36,618 nucleotides of DNA, taken from assembly GCA_016839365.1 (NCBI GenBank), contig JAEOUH010000028.1:1-36618 (forward strand), in the 5' to 3' direction. Below the pieces are notes generated by a model. That model had not been told where the DNA came from, did no database searches, and was given only the letters and a program-made list of their open reading frames with translations. A program made the translations under genes and the position numbers. Positions 18,306 through 26,901 of this stretch are shown piece by piece; position 1 is the first letter of the stretch, and each line of letters begins with the position of its first letter. The DNA comes from Candidatus Hermodarchaeota archaeon (GTDB lineage: Archaea; Asgardarchaeota; Hermodarchaeia; Hermodarchaeales; Hermodarchaeaceae).

Positions 18306-19235
18306 TTAGAGGAGCAGGGCAAGAATGGCTTTTTCGGTATGGAGCCGATTCTCGGCTTGATCCCAGACTACACTATGAGGACCTTCGATGACGGCATCGG
18401 TGATTTCTTCATCCCGATGGGCTGGGAGACAATGCATCACTATACTGTGGGGAGCTGCAAGTTCAACCAAGGCTTCGTTTATCTGATAATCTGGTAGAAA
18501 AGCTGCAAGGCGTTTCTTGCGTTCTTCGTCTTGTCCCATTGACACGAACACATCGGTATACAACACATCCGCCTCCTCTACAGCAGCCTTCGGGTCATTG
18601 GTGAGTTCAAGCTGTGCCATATTCTCCTCGGCCCTTTCTCGAGCAAAAGCCGTGACTTCAGGGTTAGGTTCATATCCAGGTGGAGTGGCAACGGTGACTT
18701 CCAAGCCCATGGTTGCCCCGCCAATCATGAGAGACTGGCAGACATTGTTGCCATCACCGATGTAGACGAGTTTCAGCCCCTCTAGCTCATGGAGTTTCTC
18801 GCGGATAGTAAGTAGATCTGCAAGAGCCTGGCATGGATGATACATCGGAGTAAGTGCATTAATCACCGGAACGTCGCTATATTCGGCAAGTTCTACGACA
18901 TGCTCATGGTTAGTAGCCCGGATGACAATTCCGTGTAGATAACGGCTGAGCACTCGTGCTGTGTCCGCTATTGGTTCCCCGCGGCTGAGCTGTAATTCCT
19001 GTGAGCTCAGAAAGAGGGAATCACCCGATAATTCATTAACGGCTACTTCAAAGCTGACTCGCGTCCGGGTGGAGGGTCGTTCAAAGACCATACCCACGGA
19101 TCTTCCCAACAAGCTGGTCCCGAGTTCACCACGGTAGCGTTGCCGTTTCAAATCCGACGAAGTGTCAAGAATCAGCTGAATTTCTTCGCGAGTGAAGTCC
19201 TTTAGACTGAGCAGATGGCGCCCTTTTAGTTCCAT
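18306..19235 (-). CDS. argF: Ornithine carbamoyltransferase
   Basis: FERPSTRTRVSFE, E.IADTARVLSRY, HPCQALAD, GDGNNV, YTDVFVSMGQ, MHCLPAHR, DQAENRLH. Confidence 0.97.
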   Translation of the reverse strand: MELKGRHLLSLKDFTREEIQLILDTSSDLKRQRYRGELGTSLLGRSVGMVFERPSTRTRVSFEVAVNELSGDSLFLSSQELQLSRGEPIADTARVLSRYLHGIVIRATNHEHVVELAEYSDVPVINALTPMYHPCQALADLLTIREKLHELEGLKLVYIGDGNNVCQSLMIGGATMGLEVTVATPPGYEPNPEVTAFARERAEENMAQLELTNDPKAAVEEADVLYTDVFVSMGQDEERKKRLAAFLPDYQINEALVELAAPHSIVMHCLPAHRDEEITDAVIEGPHSVVWDQAENRLHTEKAILALLL

Positions 19236-19321
19236 TTTTCTCACATACCGTAAGGAAATCGTTTGAACCTGCAAGCACTTCTACTTTTTAGCCTTTGCGT
19301 CTCATAAAAAGAAGCTTAGAA

Positions 19322-20233
19322 CTAATCAGCAGGCACGATTTTTTGGGCGAACCATTCAGGATCGAAGGGCTCTAGATCAGAATATTCCTGCCCTACACCG
19401 ATAAAGATGATTGGTTTCCCAGTAGCGATGGCGATTGAGAGCGCAGCGCCACCTTTTGCATCGGCATCAACCTTTGTGAGAATGGCGGCATCGATTCCAA
19501 TCTCTTCATTGAATGTTTTTGCCTGCTCAATGGCATCATTTCCAGCAAGGGCGTCGCCAACAAAAATAACAAGGTCAGGTTCGGAAACCCGGTGGATTTT
19601 CTTGAGCTCGGCCATGAGGTTCTTGTCAGTTTGCATCCGACCTGCCGTGTCGATGAGCACCACATCGATTTTACGAGCCCGTGCATGACTAATAGCATCG
19701 AAGCCAACCGATGCGGAATCAGAACCATAAGGACGACTGATAACACGAACATTCAGCCGGTTGCCATGGGTTTGGAGCTGTTCGGCACTTCCAGCCCGAA
19801 AGGTGTCCCCACAAGCCAGCACAACCGAATAACCCTTCTTCTGAAACATGTAGGTTAGCTTGGCTATTGTAGTTGTTTTCCCCGTACCATTTACGCCCAA
19901 AAACATGAGCGTGAGGGGTTCCCCTTCCTTTTTCCGTTGCTCTAGCAGAGCAAACAGGTCCACAGGCGCCTCAGGAGTCAAAGCCTCTAAAATCGCCTCA
20001 TATAATGCTTCACGAATCGCACCTTTTTTACTTTGGAGGAGTCCGATTTGTTCACCCGTCAAGGTCTCTTTTAAGCGCTCATTGATTCGTTCAGTGGCCT
20101 CGTAAGCTACATCGTTTTCTAAGAGAGCTAGTTGAAGGTCTGAGAAAGCTGATTCAAAATTCTTTTCGCTAATCGATTTATGGGTGATCTTTTGGACGAA
20201 TCCATCGACTGCTTTACGAAGTCTTTCAAACAC
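19322..20233 (-). CDS. ftsY: SRP receptor FtsY
   Basis: GVNGTGKTTTIAKL, DTFRAG..EQL, DTAGR, TKVDADAKGGAALS, GVGQ.Y.DL. Confidence 0.98.
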   Translation of the reverse strand: MFERLRKAVDGFVQKITHKSISEKNFESAFSDLQLALLENDVAYEATERINERLKETLTGEQIGLLQSKKGAIREALYEAILEALTPEAPVDLFALLEQRKKEGEPLTLMFLGVNGTGKTTTIAKLTYMFQKKGYSVVLACGDTFRAGSAEQLQTHGNRLNVRVISRPYGSDSASVGFDAISHARARKIDVVLIDTAGRMQTDKNLMAELKKIHRVSEPDLVIFVGDALAGNDAIEQAKTFNEEIGIDAAILTKVDADAKGGAALSIAIATGKPIIFIGVGQEYSDLEPFDPEWFAQKIVPAD

Positions 20234-20267
20234 CCATAATCCCCCGCTCCCATGCAAATCATGTCAG

Positions 20268-20711
20268 TTATTTTTGCTGCTGTTGCGCGGCTTGGATAAG
20301 TTGATTGAGTTGAGTACGATAGTCGTCCATTTTCGCTTGTACATTTTGCAGCTGTTCAGTTTGACGTTGAGCAATATCGGTGAGTTGTTTTTGTTGTTCC
20401 TCGAACCGTTTCAACGCATCGTTTATAGTTCGTTCCGCAGCAAAGCCGGCTCCGATTGAGGTTACTACATGCTTGGGATCAATGAGCTTCACGTAGAGAT
20501 GGGTCCCCGAGCCAATGTTGATCATGATTTCATCATTAGCTTCGTGGTTTTTCAACTCTTGAACTGCCATAGTTGTTTCAGCCAGGCGTTGCATTTGGAC
20601 TTCAATCATCTGGAGATTGTTTTGCCCTCGCGCGATTTCTTCTTCAAGGGCTTGGATAGCCATTATGAATTGTTGCGCCGTTTGCTCAGGGTTGGGAGGA
20701 GTTTTTGCCAT
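20268..20711 (-). CDS. pfdA: Prefoldin alpha subunit
   Basis: Coiled coils flanking EIMINIGSG...V...IGAGF.AE; conserved rplX-pfdA-ftsY order. Confidence 0.93.
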   Translation of the reverse strand: MAKTPPNPEQTAQQFIMAIQALEEEIARGQNNLQMIEVQMQRLAETTMAVQELKNHEANDEIMINIGSGTHLYVKLIDPKHVVTSIGAGFAAERTINDALKRFEEQQKQLTDIAQRQTEQLQNVQAKMDDYRTQLNQLIQAAQQQQK

Positions 20712-20756
20712 TGTTTGTTCTTCCCCCAAGGGGTTGCTGGAAGCGCCTGTCAGGAC

Positions 20757-20990
20757 CTAATCGATCCCACTTAGCTTTCGAATAAGCAAGTTTTCGGCTT
20801 CCTCTGGTGCAATTACCGATATGTTTTCGATTTTGATTGCTGCACGTCGTACCCGGTGAAAAGAGCCTAAGAGCGAGTAGAGTTTTTCTCGGGCGTTGTC
20901 TTCGGTGACAGCACGGATTTCGTGAGAAAAGCGGTAATTCCGTTTATCTCGTGTGTAGGTGCCTTCTAGGTGATATATTTGCACTGACAT
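20757..20990 (-). CDS. rplX: 50S ribosomal protein eL20 (LX/L18ae)
   Basis: F..EIRA..E..AREKLYS.LGS.HRVRR..IKI. Confidence 0.95.
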   Translation of the reverse strand: MSVQIYHLEGTYTRDKRNYRFSHEIRAVTEDNAREKLYSLLGSFHRVRRAAIKIENISVIAPEEAENLLIRKLSGID

Positions 20991-21071
20991 GACTACCAGC
21001 CTTGGTGAGGTATGCAGTGAACCACCGAATAGTCTGGGCTATTTTAACTCTTTCCAAAGTTAAGGTGAGTT

Positions 21072-21734
21072 CTAAAAGAAGGCTTCGGTGATACGCATGA
21101 GTTCGGGTCCAGTGGTCTCAAAACCTGCTGCGGCCGCTTTTAACGTGACGAGTAGCCCAATCGAGATATAAGGCACGCCACAGTTGATTGTGCCGATGTC
21201 GGTTTCTACAGAGAAGAATGAACCCAACCAGCCCAGTTCTTCTTCGGAAACATCCTTGTGAGCTAATAAACCCTTATTTGTGACAACACAAAAGGATCCC
21301 ACCAAATCAGATTCTGCGATCCGGCTAGCATCAACTTCTACATCGAGTGCATCACTAATGGTCTTCTGTTCGCTTTTTGAGAATGCAGTACTGACGAGGG
21401 CGGCATGATCGTTTGTTAAAATAAGATTGCCCAATGCAGTGAGTTTGGATTCCAATTGCACGATCGGGATGCCAAGTTTTTGTAGCGATTCGAGTTCTTC
21501 ATCCAGTACAATATGGGGGACAAGGAGGCCATTTTTGTTTCCGGCTGTGAGTATTCCGATGAGGGTACTCTGGCCAATGGTTGTCCTAATCGGCTCCTTT
21601 TCAAAGATTTGCGTTAGTCCATGGGTAGTCGTTTCACTGCTTGGACCTTGCAGCACCCAATTATCAGTGACGCGACAAAACGCACCAATATTGGAACTAC
21701 CATTGAAATCAAACCGTTTAATTCTACCACTCAT
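21072..21734 (-). CDS. eif6: Translation initiation/anti-association factor aIF6
   Basis: GSSNIG.F, LIG.L.AGN.NG.LVP, ALGNLIL.ND, GTIN.GVP, G.ETTGPELMRI. Confidence 0.97.
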   Translation of the reverse strand: MSGRIKRFDFNGSSNIGAFCRVTDNWVLQGPSSETTTHGLTQIFEKEPIRTTIGQSTLIGILTAGNKNGLLVPHIVLDEELESLQKLGIPIVQLESKLTALGNLILTNDHAALVSTAFSKSEQKTISDALDVEVDASRIAESDLVGSFCVVTNKGLLAHKDVSEEELGWLGSFFSVETDIGTINCGVPYISIGLLVTLKAAAAGFETTGPELMRITEAFF

Positions 21735-21783
21735 AAGGAAAGCCACACAGATTGGTTAACCCGTTGCGGAATGAAAAAGGGGG

Positions 21784-22110
21784 TCATTGCCCCTCAACTA
21801 AGAAGACCTTGACAAAGCCATCACGATCTTTGGTTGCGCGGACGCGAACCCGGCGTGGTGGCTTTTCTATTCCTCGGGTCCAAAGGTATTCGTTGAGAGC
21901 TGTGTCGATGGAGAGGTCGGCTTCATCGTCCAGTTTCATATGCCGAATGATAAAGGCTTTAACTAGATTGACAGCCCGTTTAGCTCGTCGTTTCCGAATG
22001 GCTTCATACGCCTTGCCTAGGGGAATCGTGTAGAGTCTTTCGACCACGATCTCTTCTGCAACATCGGGCACCCCGAGCTCTTCAGTTACTGTTTTGTCTT
22101 CTTCACTCAT
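21784..22110 (-). CDS. rpl31e: 50S ribosomal protein eL31
   Basis: ERLYTIPL, RAKRAV, RHMK, LNEYLW.RGIEKPPRRVRV. Confidence 0.97.
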   Translation of the reverse strand: MSEEDKTVTEELGVPDVAEEIVVERLYTIPLGKAYEAIRKRRAKRAVNLVKAFIIRHMKLDDEADLSIDTALNEYLWTRGIEKPPRRVRVRATKDRDGFVKVFLVEGQ

Positions 22111-22132
22111 CGCTGATACACTCCATTCATGC

Positions 22133-22288
22133 TTAGGGCTTCAATTTTGATTGGCGCCAATTCCGTCGCTTTGGATGGGTGCGGACCTTTCCGTTGGTCT
22201 TTACCATAATCCATGCGGGAACGCCGACATTGGACTTTAGTTGACGGCCAAGCCGTAATTTCTTAGCCAGGGGTTTGTTTCGAGCCAT
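22133..22288 (-). CDS. rpl39e: 50S ribosomal protein eL39
   Basis: [13 protein letters not shown]...VPAWIMVKT...[10 protein letters not shown]. Confidence 0.97.
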   Translation of the reverse strand: MARNKPLAKKLRLGRQLKSNVGVPAWIMVKTNGKVRTHPKRRNWRQSKLKP

Positions 22289-22301
22289 CGTTATCACCTT
22301 T

Positions 22302-22634
22302 TCATTTGAATTGGATTTTGGTGTCACGCTGTCGTCCTGCTACTTGGGCAAGCATTCTCTTCAGCGTCTTGTCAGTAATTGGAATCTCGGGTAATCGGTT
22401 TGCTGAGGCCAGTCGAATGAGGTCGTTTTCAATTTGTTCCGCAAACGAAGGTTTCACCATTCGCAGATTAGATAACCGTGCACGCGCCTCAGGTGAGAGA
22501 ATTTGCCGGAGAACTGCTGCCCGTTGGGCACGAATATCTGCCTCTTGAGCTGCTACTTGCTCCTCGACCATTGCCTGCTGTTGCAGTTCAGCTAATTTCC
22601 GTTTCCGCAGCTCATCCAATTCTTCTTCGCTCAA
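22302..22634 (-). CDS. PDCD5/TFAR19-family dsDNA-binding protein
   Basis: [38 protein letters not shown]; TTG start behind GGAGG. Confidence 0.95.
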   Translation of the reverse strand: MSEEELDELRKRKLAELQQQAMVEEQVAAQEADIRAQRAAVLRQILSPEARARLSNLRMVKPSFAEQIENDLIRLASANRLPEIPITDKTLKRMLAQVAGRQRDTKIQFK

Positions 22635-22655
22635 CTGTGCTACCTCCAATCCGTG

Positions 22656-23084
22656 TTATCCTGCATCCTCGGTTCGCATCATATGAGCCAACTTGTCGAG
22701 GAAGGACCGACCTTTGTTCGACAATCGTCGGCCTGTGCCTTTATCGTGTTCAACAAGACCAGCTTGTTCCAGCTGCTGGAGCGCGGTTCGAATAATGTTG
22801 CCGCTTCCCTTCCAGAAGTGATTGGGACGGACACCGCGTCGCTTTCGTCCGCCATAAGCTGTGCGAAGCCGGGCTACACCGCTGGGACCTTTCACATAGA
22901 GTCGACGAAGGATCGAGGCACAACGGATATACCACCAGTCCTCATTGATTGGTGGTTTCTCCTTGTGTGCACCGGTCTTGACGTATTGGGCCCATTCTGG
23001 CGGTGTGACTTCTTTTGCCTTCTTGAGCTCCTCAGCGATGCGAGGAATCAACTGATCTGCAGGAACATCATATACAGTAGACAC
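22656..23084 (-). CDS. rps19e: 30S ribosomal protein eS19
   Basis: TVYDVPA, PPEWA.YVKTG.HKE.PP, WWY.R.ASILR.LY, YGGRK.RG, GSG.IIR.ALQQLE.AG. Confidence 0.98.
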   Translation of the reverse strand: MSTVYDVPADQLIPRIAEELKKAKEVTPPEWAQYVKTGAHKEKPPINEDWWYIRCASILRRLYVKGPSGVARLRTAYGGRKRRGVRPNHFWKGSGNIIRTALQQLEQAGLVEHDKGTGRRLSNKGRSFLDKLAHMMRTEDAG

Positions 23085-23153
23085 GATAAAGACCCCACGG
23101 CGCACAGAGAAATTGACTCGCCGACGAGTCGGCTGAGATAGTCGATGAGCGCC

Positions 23154-23447
23154 TTAAAATTCTTTCGTAGTTACTTTGTTCTGTTTCCGCGAGGTTCGCC
23201 CTAGAACCACCACAAATCCTCGGCGTCCCCAGACCGCACTCGATGTTTTCGCCGCCAACTGTGCTACTAACTTGTCAATATCGTCAGAAGCTGACGAGGA
23301 TTTCAGGAATTTCACCTTGATGACCTTTTGCTTCTTCAGCTGGCGATTAACCTCTTCAATGATCCCAGCATCTAATCCATCTTTCCCGATACGGACCGCT
23401 GGTTTTTCTTCTGCCCAAATCCGGGCCAAATCAGCTTTGGTTGGCAT
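23154..23447 (-). CDS. YhbY/CRM-domain RNA-binding protein
   Basis: VRIGKDGL...IIEEV..QLK....IKVKFL, RG.V.VL. Confidence 0.92.
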   Translation of the reverse strand: MPTKADLARIWAEEKPAVRIGKDGLDAGIIEEVNRQLKKQKVIKVKFLKSSSASDDIDKLVAQLAAKTSSAVWGRRGFVVVLGRTSRKQNKVTTKEF

Positions 23448-23787
23448 GCTTCACTCCTCGTTCCGATTCCCATATGACCTTCCGCCGGTTCCCACAAGTC
23501 AAACAGGTGATCACCACGGATTTACTCCGACCAGTATTGCGCAGCCGAATCCGCGCATTCACACCTGGTCGAAGATAGTTCTCGCAACGATGGCAATAAC
23601 GATGGCGAAACTCTCGGGGTATCCGGACTCGAGTACGCATCATGATGCGCCGAGCCGACTGCACATACCGTTGCGCCAAGGCAGGATCCGTTGCAGCTAC
23701 CGCTTCTGCCCTCAGGAATAAATTCCGGAGGTGCTGTAAAACAGTGGTTCGCCACCGACGGCTCCCGCGCACTCGCATGTTGAACAC
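23431..23787 (-). CDS. rnp4: RNase P protein Rpp21
   Basis: LAQRYV..ARRI.MR.R..IP..FR...C.RC...L.PG.NA..RLR ... V.TC..CG..R zinc ribbon. Confidence 0.94.
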   Translation of the reverse strand: MFNMRVRGSRRWRTTVLQHLRNLFLRAEAVAATDPALAQRYVQSARRIMMRTRVRIPREFRHRYCHRCENYLRPGVNARIRLRNTGRSKSVVITCLTCGNRRKVIWESERGVKHANQS

Positions 23788-23805
23788 CTCAAAAAATGGG
23801 TAGAA

Positions 23806-23880
23806 TGGTGCGCTGTCCGGGATTTGAACCCGGGCACCCAGCGTGGCAGGCTGGAGTCCTAGCCACTAGACCAACAGCGC
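23806..23880 (-). tRNA. tRNA-Gly(GCC), intronless, CCA encoded
   Basis: Reverse complement GCGCTGTTGGTCTAGTGG...CCAGC CT GCC AC GCTGG...CCGGG TTCAAAT CCCGG ACAGCGC A CCA folds into a full cloverleaf. Confidence 0.97.
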
Positions 23881-23964
23881 ACGAAAGCAGGTAAAAACCG
23901 CCACCCTTTTTATTGGTTTTGGCTACACCTCTCTCACCCATTGAAACCGGTCCACCAGCTTATG

Positions 23965-23976
23965 GAAAGACTTAAG
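23965..23976 (+). promoter_or_regulatory. BRE-TATA-like promoter of tRNA-Gly(TCC)
   Basis: GAAAGA-CTTAAG about 30 nt upstream of the tRNA 5' end; similar purine-tract plus TTAA motifs recur upstream of many genes in this window. Confidence 0.55.
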
Positions 23977-24004
23977 CGAGTCGACACCACCCCTGCCGAA
24001 TGAA

Positions 24005-24110
24005 GCGGTCGTGGTCTAGTGGTTAAGATATCGGCCTTCCACGCCGATTACCCGGGTTCGAACGCCAGCACATACCCCGTGGCTGACCGAACATCCCGGC
24101 GACCGCACCA
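24005..24110 (+). tRNA. tRNA-Gly(TCC) with 31-nt non-canonical intron at 59/60 (24063-24093)
   Basis: Anticodon arm TCGGC CT TCC AC GCCGA. BHB: central helix TTCG/CGAA with bulges AA^C and CA^T; splicing restores T-loop TTCGAAT. CCA encoded. Confidence 0.93.
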
Positions 24111-24338
24111 TTTCTCTTTTTTCACAAGTTTTTGATGTTTGGCGCGATTTTGTTTCAGATTTGATATAGATGAAAAGGCCATAGGGTTCGGAGACCCAGT
24201 TTACACAACTTTTAGCTTATTTATATTACTTTTTATCTATTTTTTCAAGGTAATACAAAACTTTATAAGGGATTATCGAATTATATAACTTGTTATCAAT
24301 GTTTCCCGTTCGCCCCAATAACGTTGGAGTCGACGTGG

Positions 24339-24358
24339 CTCCATTGGAAACGATGGGG
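24339..24358 (+). promoter_or_regulatory. ORB-like element (candidate Orc1/Cdc6 binding site) beside an AT-rich tract
   Basis: CTCCATTGGAAACGATGGGG resembles the ORB pattern (TCCA-n-TGGAAAC plus G-string); AT-rich 24200-24300. Only one good copy seen. Confidence 0.4.
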
Positions 24359-24391
24359 TGGGAGAGCTCATCTAATCGGAGGTAGAATCGT

Positions 24392-24787
24392 ATGGAAATT
24401 GAACAAATGGGGCAGGTCCCCCCTGTGGAAGTGCATGATTACCAACGGTTTCTGGCATTCGCCCGTCAAGCAGCGATAGTGACCTTTGAACCAGTCTATC
24501 ACGTGGCACCTTTCGAAGGTGATGTTGTGGGTAATCCTGCGCAGTGGCTACGAGCTTTAAGGTTGTATGCGATTGGCGTTGAGCTCAACGGGGTGCTCAT
24601 CACGTTGATGCACCGGATTGATTTCCCGCCTGCGAACCTGGACTTTGAGGAAGGCGTCTACGATTGTGTGGCCACGGAAGGGCGTGTTGCACAGATTGTG
24701 CAGGAGCTGCAAACCAAGTTCCAAGCTGTACCGGGTGCTCCAGATCAGCCATCTTTGCATGAGGAATGGGTGCGCACGCTACGATAG
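24392..24787 (+). CDS. Hypothetical protein (131 aa)
   Basis: GGAGGT SD upstream, TATA-like boxes at ~24262 and ~24281, protein-like composition; no recognised family. Confidence 0.75.
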   Translation: MEIEQMGQVPPVEVHDYQRFLAFARQAAIVTFEPVYHVAPFEGDVVGNPAQWLRALRLYAIGVELNGVLITLMHRIDFPPANLDFEEGVYDCVATEGRVAQIVQELQTKFQAVPGAPDQPSLHEEWVRTLR

Positions 24788-24807
24788 CAGGTTGGGTCCG
24801 TGTCAAG

Positions 24808-24821
24808 GAAAAAGATATTAA
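24808..24821 (+). promoter_or_regulatory. BRE-TATA-like promoter of the tRNA-Val/tRNA-Phe pair
   Basis: GAAAAAGA-TATTAA upstream of two tRNAs separated by 5 nt. Confidence 0.55.
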
Positions 24822-24864
24822 GGCGCGTGCCCGGAATCAGAGCCCGTGGAATACCCCTGGCTTA

Positions 24865-24941
24865 GGGCCGGTGGTCTAGTTGGTTATGACGCCGTCCTGA
24901 CACGGCGGAGGTCCCGTGTTCAAATCACGGCCGGCCCACCA
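24865..24941 (+). tRNA. tRNA-Val(GAC), intronless, CCA encoded
   Basis: GGGCCGG...CCGTC CT GAC AC GGCGG...CCGTG TTCAAAT CACGG CCGGCCC A CCA. Confidence 0.97.
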
Positions 24942-24946
24942 CCTGT

Positions 24947-25059
24947 GCCGAGGTAGCTTAGCCCGGGAGTAGCCTGACCTGAGGGTTATGCGCTGCTATT
25001 CCGAAAGCGCGGGACTGAAGATCCCGTTGTCGTGTGTTCAAATCACGCCCTCGGCACCA
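24947..25059 (+). tRNA. tRNA-Phe(GAA) with ~36-nt non-canonical D-arm intron (22/23; 24970-25005)
   Basis: Anticodon arm CGGGA CT GAA GA TCCCG. Relaxed BHB: helix CGGG/TCCG with bulges AG^T and AA^A; splicing gives GCTTAGCCCGGGAGAGC. Exact junction +/-1 nt. Confidence 0.9.
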
Positions 25060-25099
25060 CCCCTTTTGATTAGAGTGGTGAGTAGGCAAAGGAGGATTA

Positions 25100-25606
25100 T
25101 CAACCGAAAAGAAAGTCCATGAGAATCGCGAGGATGAGGGCGATAAGGGCGGCAGCGACGTTAGCGATGATGTATCCGACTAAATAGGCGATGCGAGCAA
25201 AAGGGGAGTAGGTGAATAACAGGAAATAGCCAAGGGTCCAGATGCCCAAGACGATAAACATAGCGAGTAAAAGGATTGCGAACCGACGCAGATACAGACG
25301 CCTAGGGCTAGCAGAGGGGGTGCCACGGGGAACCTGGTAGGGAAAGAAGCGCGAGGCAAGGAGTTCGGCGAGGATGGCTGTGGCGGCTGCTTGACCAAGA
25401 ACGACCCCGAGAGGAACGAGGGTCAGCACAATGGAGGAGATGATGGAATAGGTATAAGCGCCTAGAAAAGAGAGATAGACTTGAACTAGCCCGAAGATGC
25501 CAAGGGCGATGAGTAAGAGCGCTCCATCATCTAATGTTTTCCAATAATAGGCCTGTGACATACAAGAACCCTCAAACGAGCTCGTCGGTGTGAGCCATTG
25601 GGACAC
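25100..25606 (-). CDS. Hypothetical four-TM membrane protein
   Basis: Four hydrophobic segments; true start may be MSQAYYW at 25561. Confidence 0.7.
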   Translation of the reverse strand: MSQWLTPTSSFEGSCMSQAYYWKTLDDGALLLIALGIFGLVQVYLSFLGAYTYSIISSIVLTLVPLGVVLGQAAATAILAELLASRFFPYQVPRGTPSASPRRLYLRRFAILLLAMFIVLGIWTLGYFLLFTYSPFARIAYLVGYIIANVAAALIALILAILMDFLFG

Positions 25607-25658
25607 CTCAGTAGGTATTAATGTTTTCTATGCAACCGACTATTACCTTAAAGAAAAA

Positions 25659-25763
25659 TGGTGGACCGGCCGGGATTTGAACCCGGGGCCTCCGCCAGTT
25701 GGGGCTTCGCTCAAGTGGAGGGAAGCTTGCCAAGACGGCGATCTACCGCTGATCTACCGGCCC
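25659..25763 (-). tRNA. tRNA-Ala(GGC) with 30-nt canonical 37/38 intron (25698-25727)
   Basis: Reverse complement GGGCCGG/CCGGTCC with G3.U70; CCGTC TT GGC A [intron with GCTTC/GAAGC stem] T GGCGG; CCA encoded. Confidence 0.95.
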
Positions 25764-25773
25764 ATATAGGGAG

Positions 25774-25959
25774 TTAGGCGCGGCGGGTGCGCGTTAGGTC
25801 TTTTCGGGCCCAGCGGTATTGTCGAATACGGCTGGAGACACCGAACCCACAGGCAGCACATCGTTTCTTCCGAATGTGATAAGATCGGCGACCACAGCGC
25901 CGGCAGCGAATGTGAGTTTTCTTGTTCTTCTTTCCAAAAGAGGGTGTACCTTTACCCAT
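25774..25959 (-). CDS. rpl37e: 50S ribosomal protein eL37
   Basis: [25 protein letters not shown]....CAACGFG. Confidence 0.98.
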   Translation of the reverse strand: MGKGTPSFGKKNKKTHIRCRRCGRRSYHIRKKRCAACGFGVSSRIRQYRWARKDLTRTRRA

Positions 25960-25965
25960 GGTTCA

Positions 25966-26226
25966 TCACTTGTTCTTTTTCTCTGTCTTCTTGTCAGGGG
26001 CTTTTCCTGAAGGCGAGAGGAATATGACATTGTCACCGCGAAGGATAACCGTCCCCAGTTCCTGGGGGGGTTGTTCGGTGAGATCTTCGGCATCATCGAG
26101 GATGAGGTTCAGATGCTGATCATATCCTCGGAGACGACCACGTAGTTCGCGATCCCCTTTCAACTTCACAAGGACTTGTGAGTTAAGAGACCGACCTAGT
26201 AAATCCATTGGACGATGTTCTGACAC
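25966..26226 (-). CDS. Sm-like archaeal protein (SmAP1/Lsm)
   Basis: RP.DLL..SL...VLVKLKG..E.RG.L.GYDQHLNLIL.DAE, LG.V.LRGDNV; conserved Sm-rpl37e pair. Confidence 0.97.
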   Translation of the reverse strand: MSEHRPMDLLGRSLNSQVLVKLKGDRELRGRLRGYDQHLNLILDDAEDLTEQPPQELGTVILRGDNVIFLSPSGKAPDKKTEKKNK

Positions 26227-26315
26227 GGTATAAGCTCCTGCCTGTGAATTGCAGTTGGCATGACGAAGAGACCTTAAAAAAGTTTGCTACTCATTTAGGG
26301 AAGTGGTGTAGATCC

Positions 26316-26831
26316 ATGCGTATTAAACACCGGACCAAGTTACGAACCAAGGAACTCCGGCAGCTATTAGAAAACTTTTCCGAGCAGCCCAACTTCATCC
26401 ACCAGGCACTTCGCGACCCATCTTCAGGAAAAGTGTGGGTTGAGCGTGTAGTTTTAGATGACAAAACCAAGCTGTATTTTGTACAGAATGAATTATGGCT
26501 TGTGGACATGCAGAAAGAAGTGTATCCCGGATTGCCTGCGTTGATTTCTAAGAATATACAACTCCCCGAAGTTGTGGTTGATATGGGGGCGGTGCCATAC
26601 ATTGCAAACGGGGCGGATGTCATGACACCAGGAATCGTGAATCTGAACAACCAGCTCAATGTTGGTGATCTTGCCGTGATTATTGATCAGAAAAACCAAG
26701 TACCCTTGGCTGTTGGTCGGATGCTCCTTTCAGCTGAGGCAATTATAGCAGCGGATAAAGGGCGCGCCATCGAAACGCTCCATTATGTTGGTGACCAGTT
26801 GTGGAAGCTTGCCAAGGAGCTCTCCGAGTAA
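26316..26831 (+). CDS. PUA-domain RNA-binding protein (MCT-1/Tma20-like)
   Basis: LP.VVVDMGAVPYIANGADVM.PGIV, KGRAI..LHYVGD.LW. Start moved to ATG 26316. Confidence 0.93.
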   Translation: MRIKHRTKLRTKELRQLLENFSEQPNFIHQALRDPSSGKVWVERVVLDDKTKLYFVQNELWLVDMQKEVYPGLPALISKNIQLPEVVVDMGAVPYIANGADVMTPGIVNLNNQLNVGDLAVIIDQKNQVPLAVGRMLLSAEAIIAADKGRAIETLHYVGDQLWKLAKELSE

Positions 26832-26901
26832 CAGGGCGAAGGGTTTTTACAGTTCTCACAACTCATCCTTGGGTTGTAGAATTATCGGAGGATGATTAGG
26901 T

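Noticed and set aside
24970-25005. Box C/D guide RNA inside the tRNA-Phe intron (two CTGA)
   Set aside because: Too short and no RTGATGA box C.
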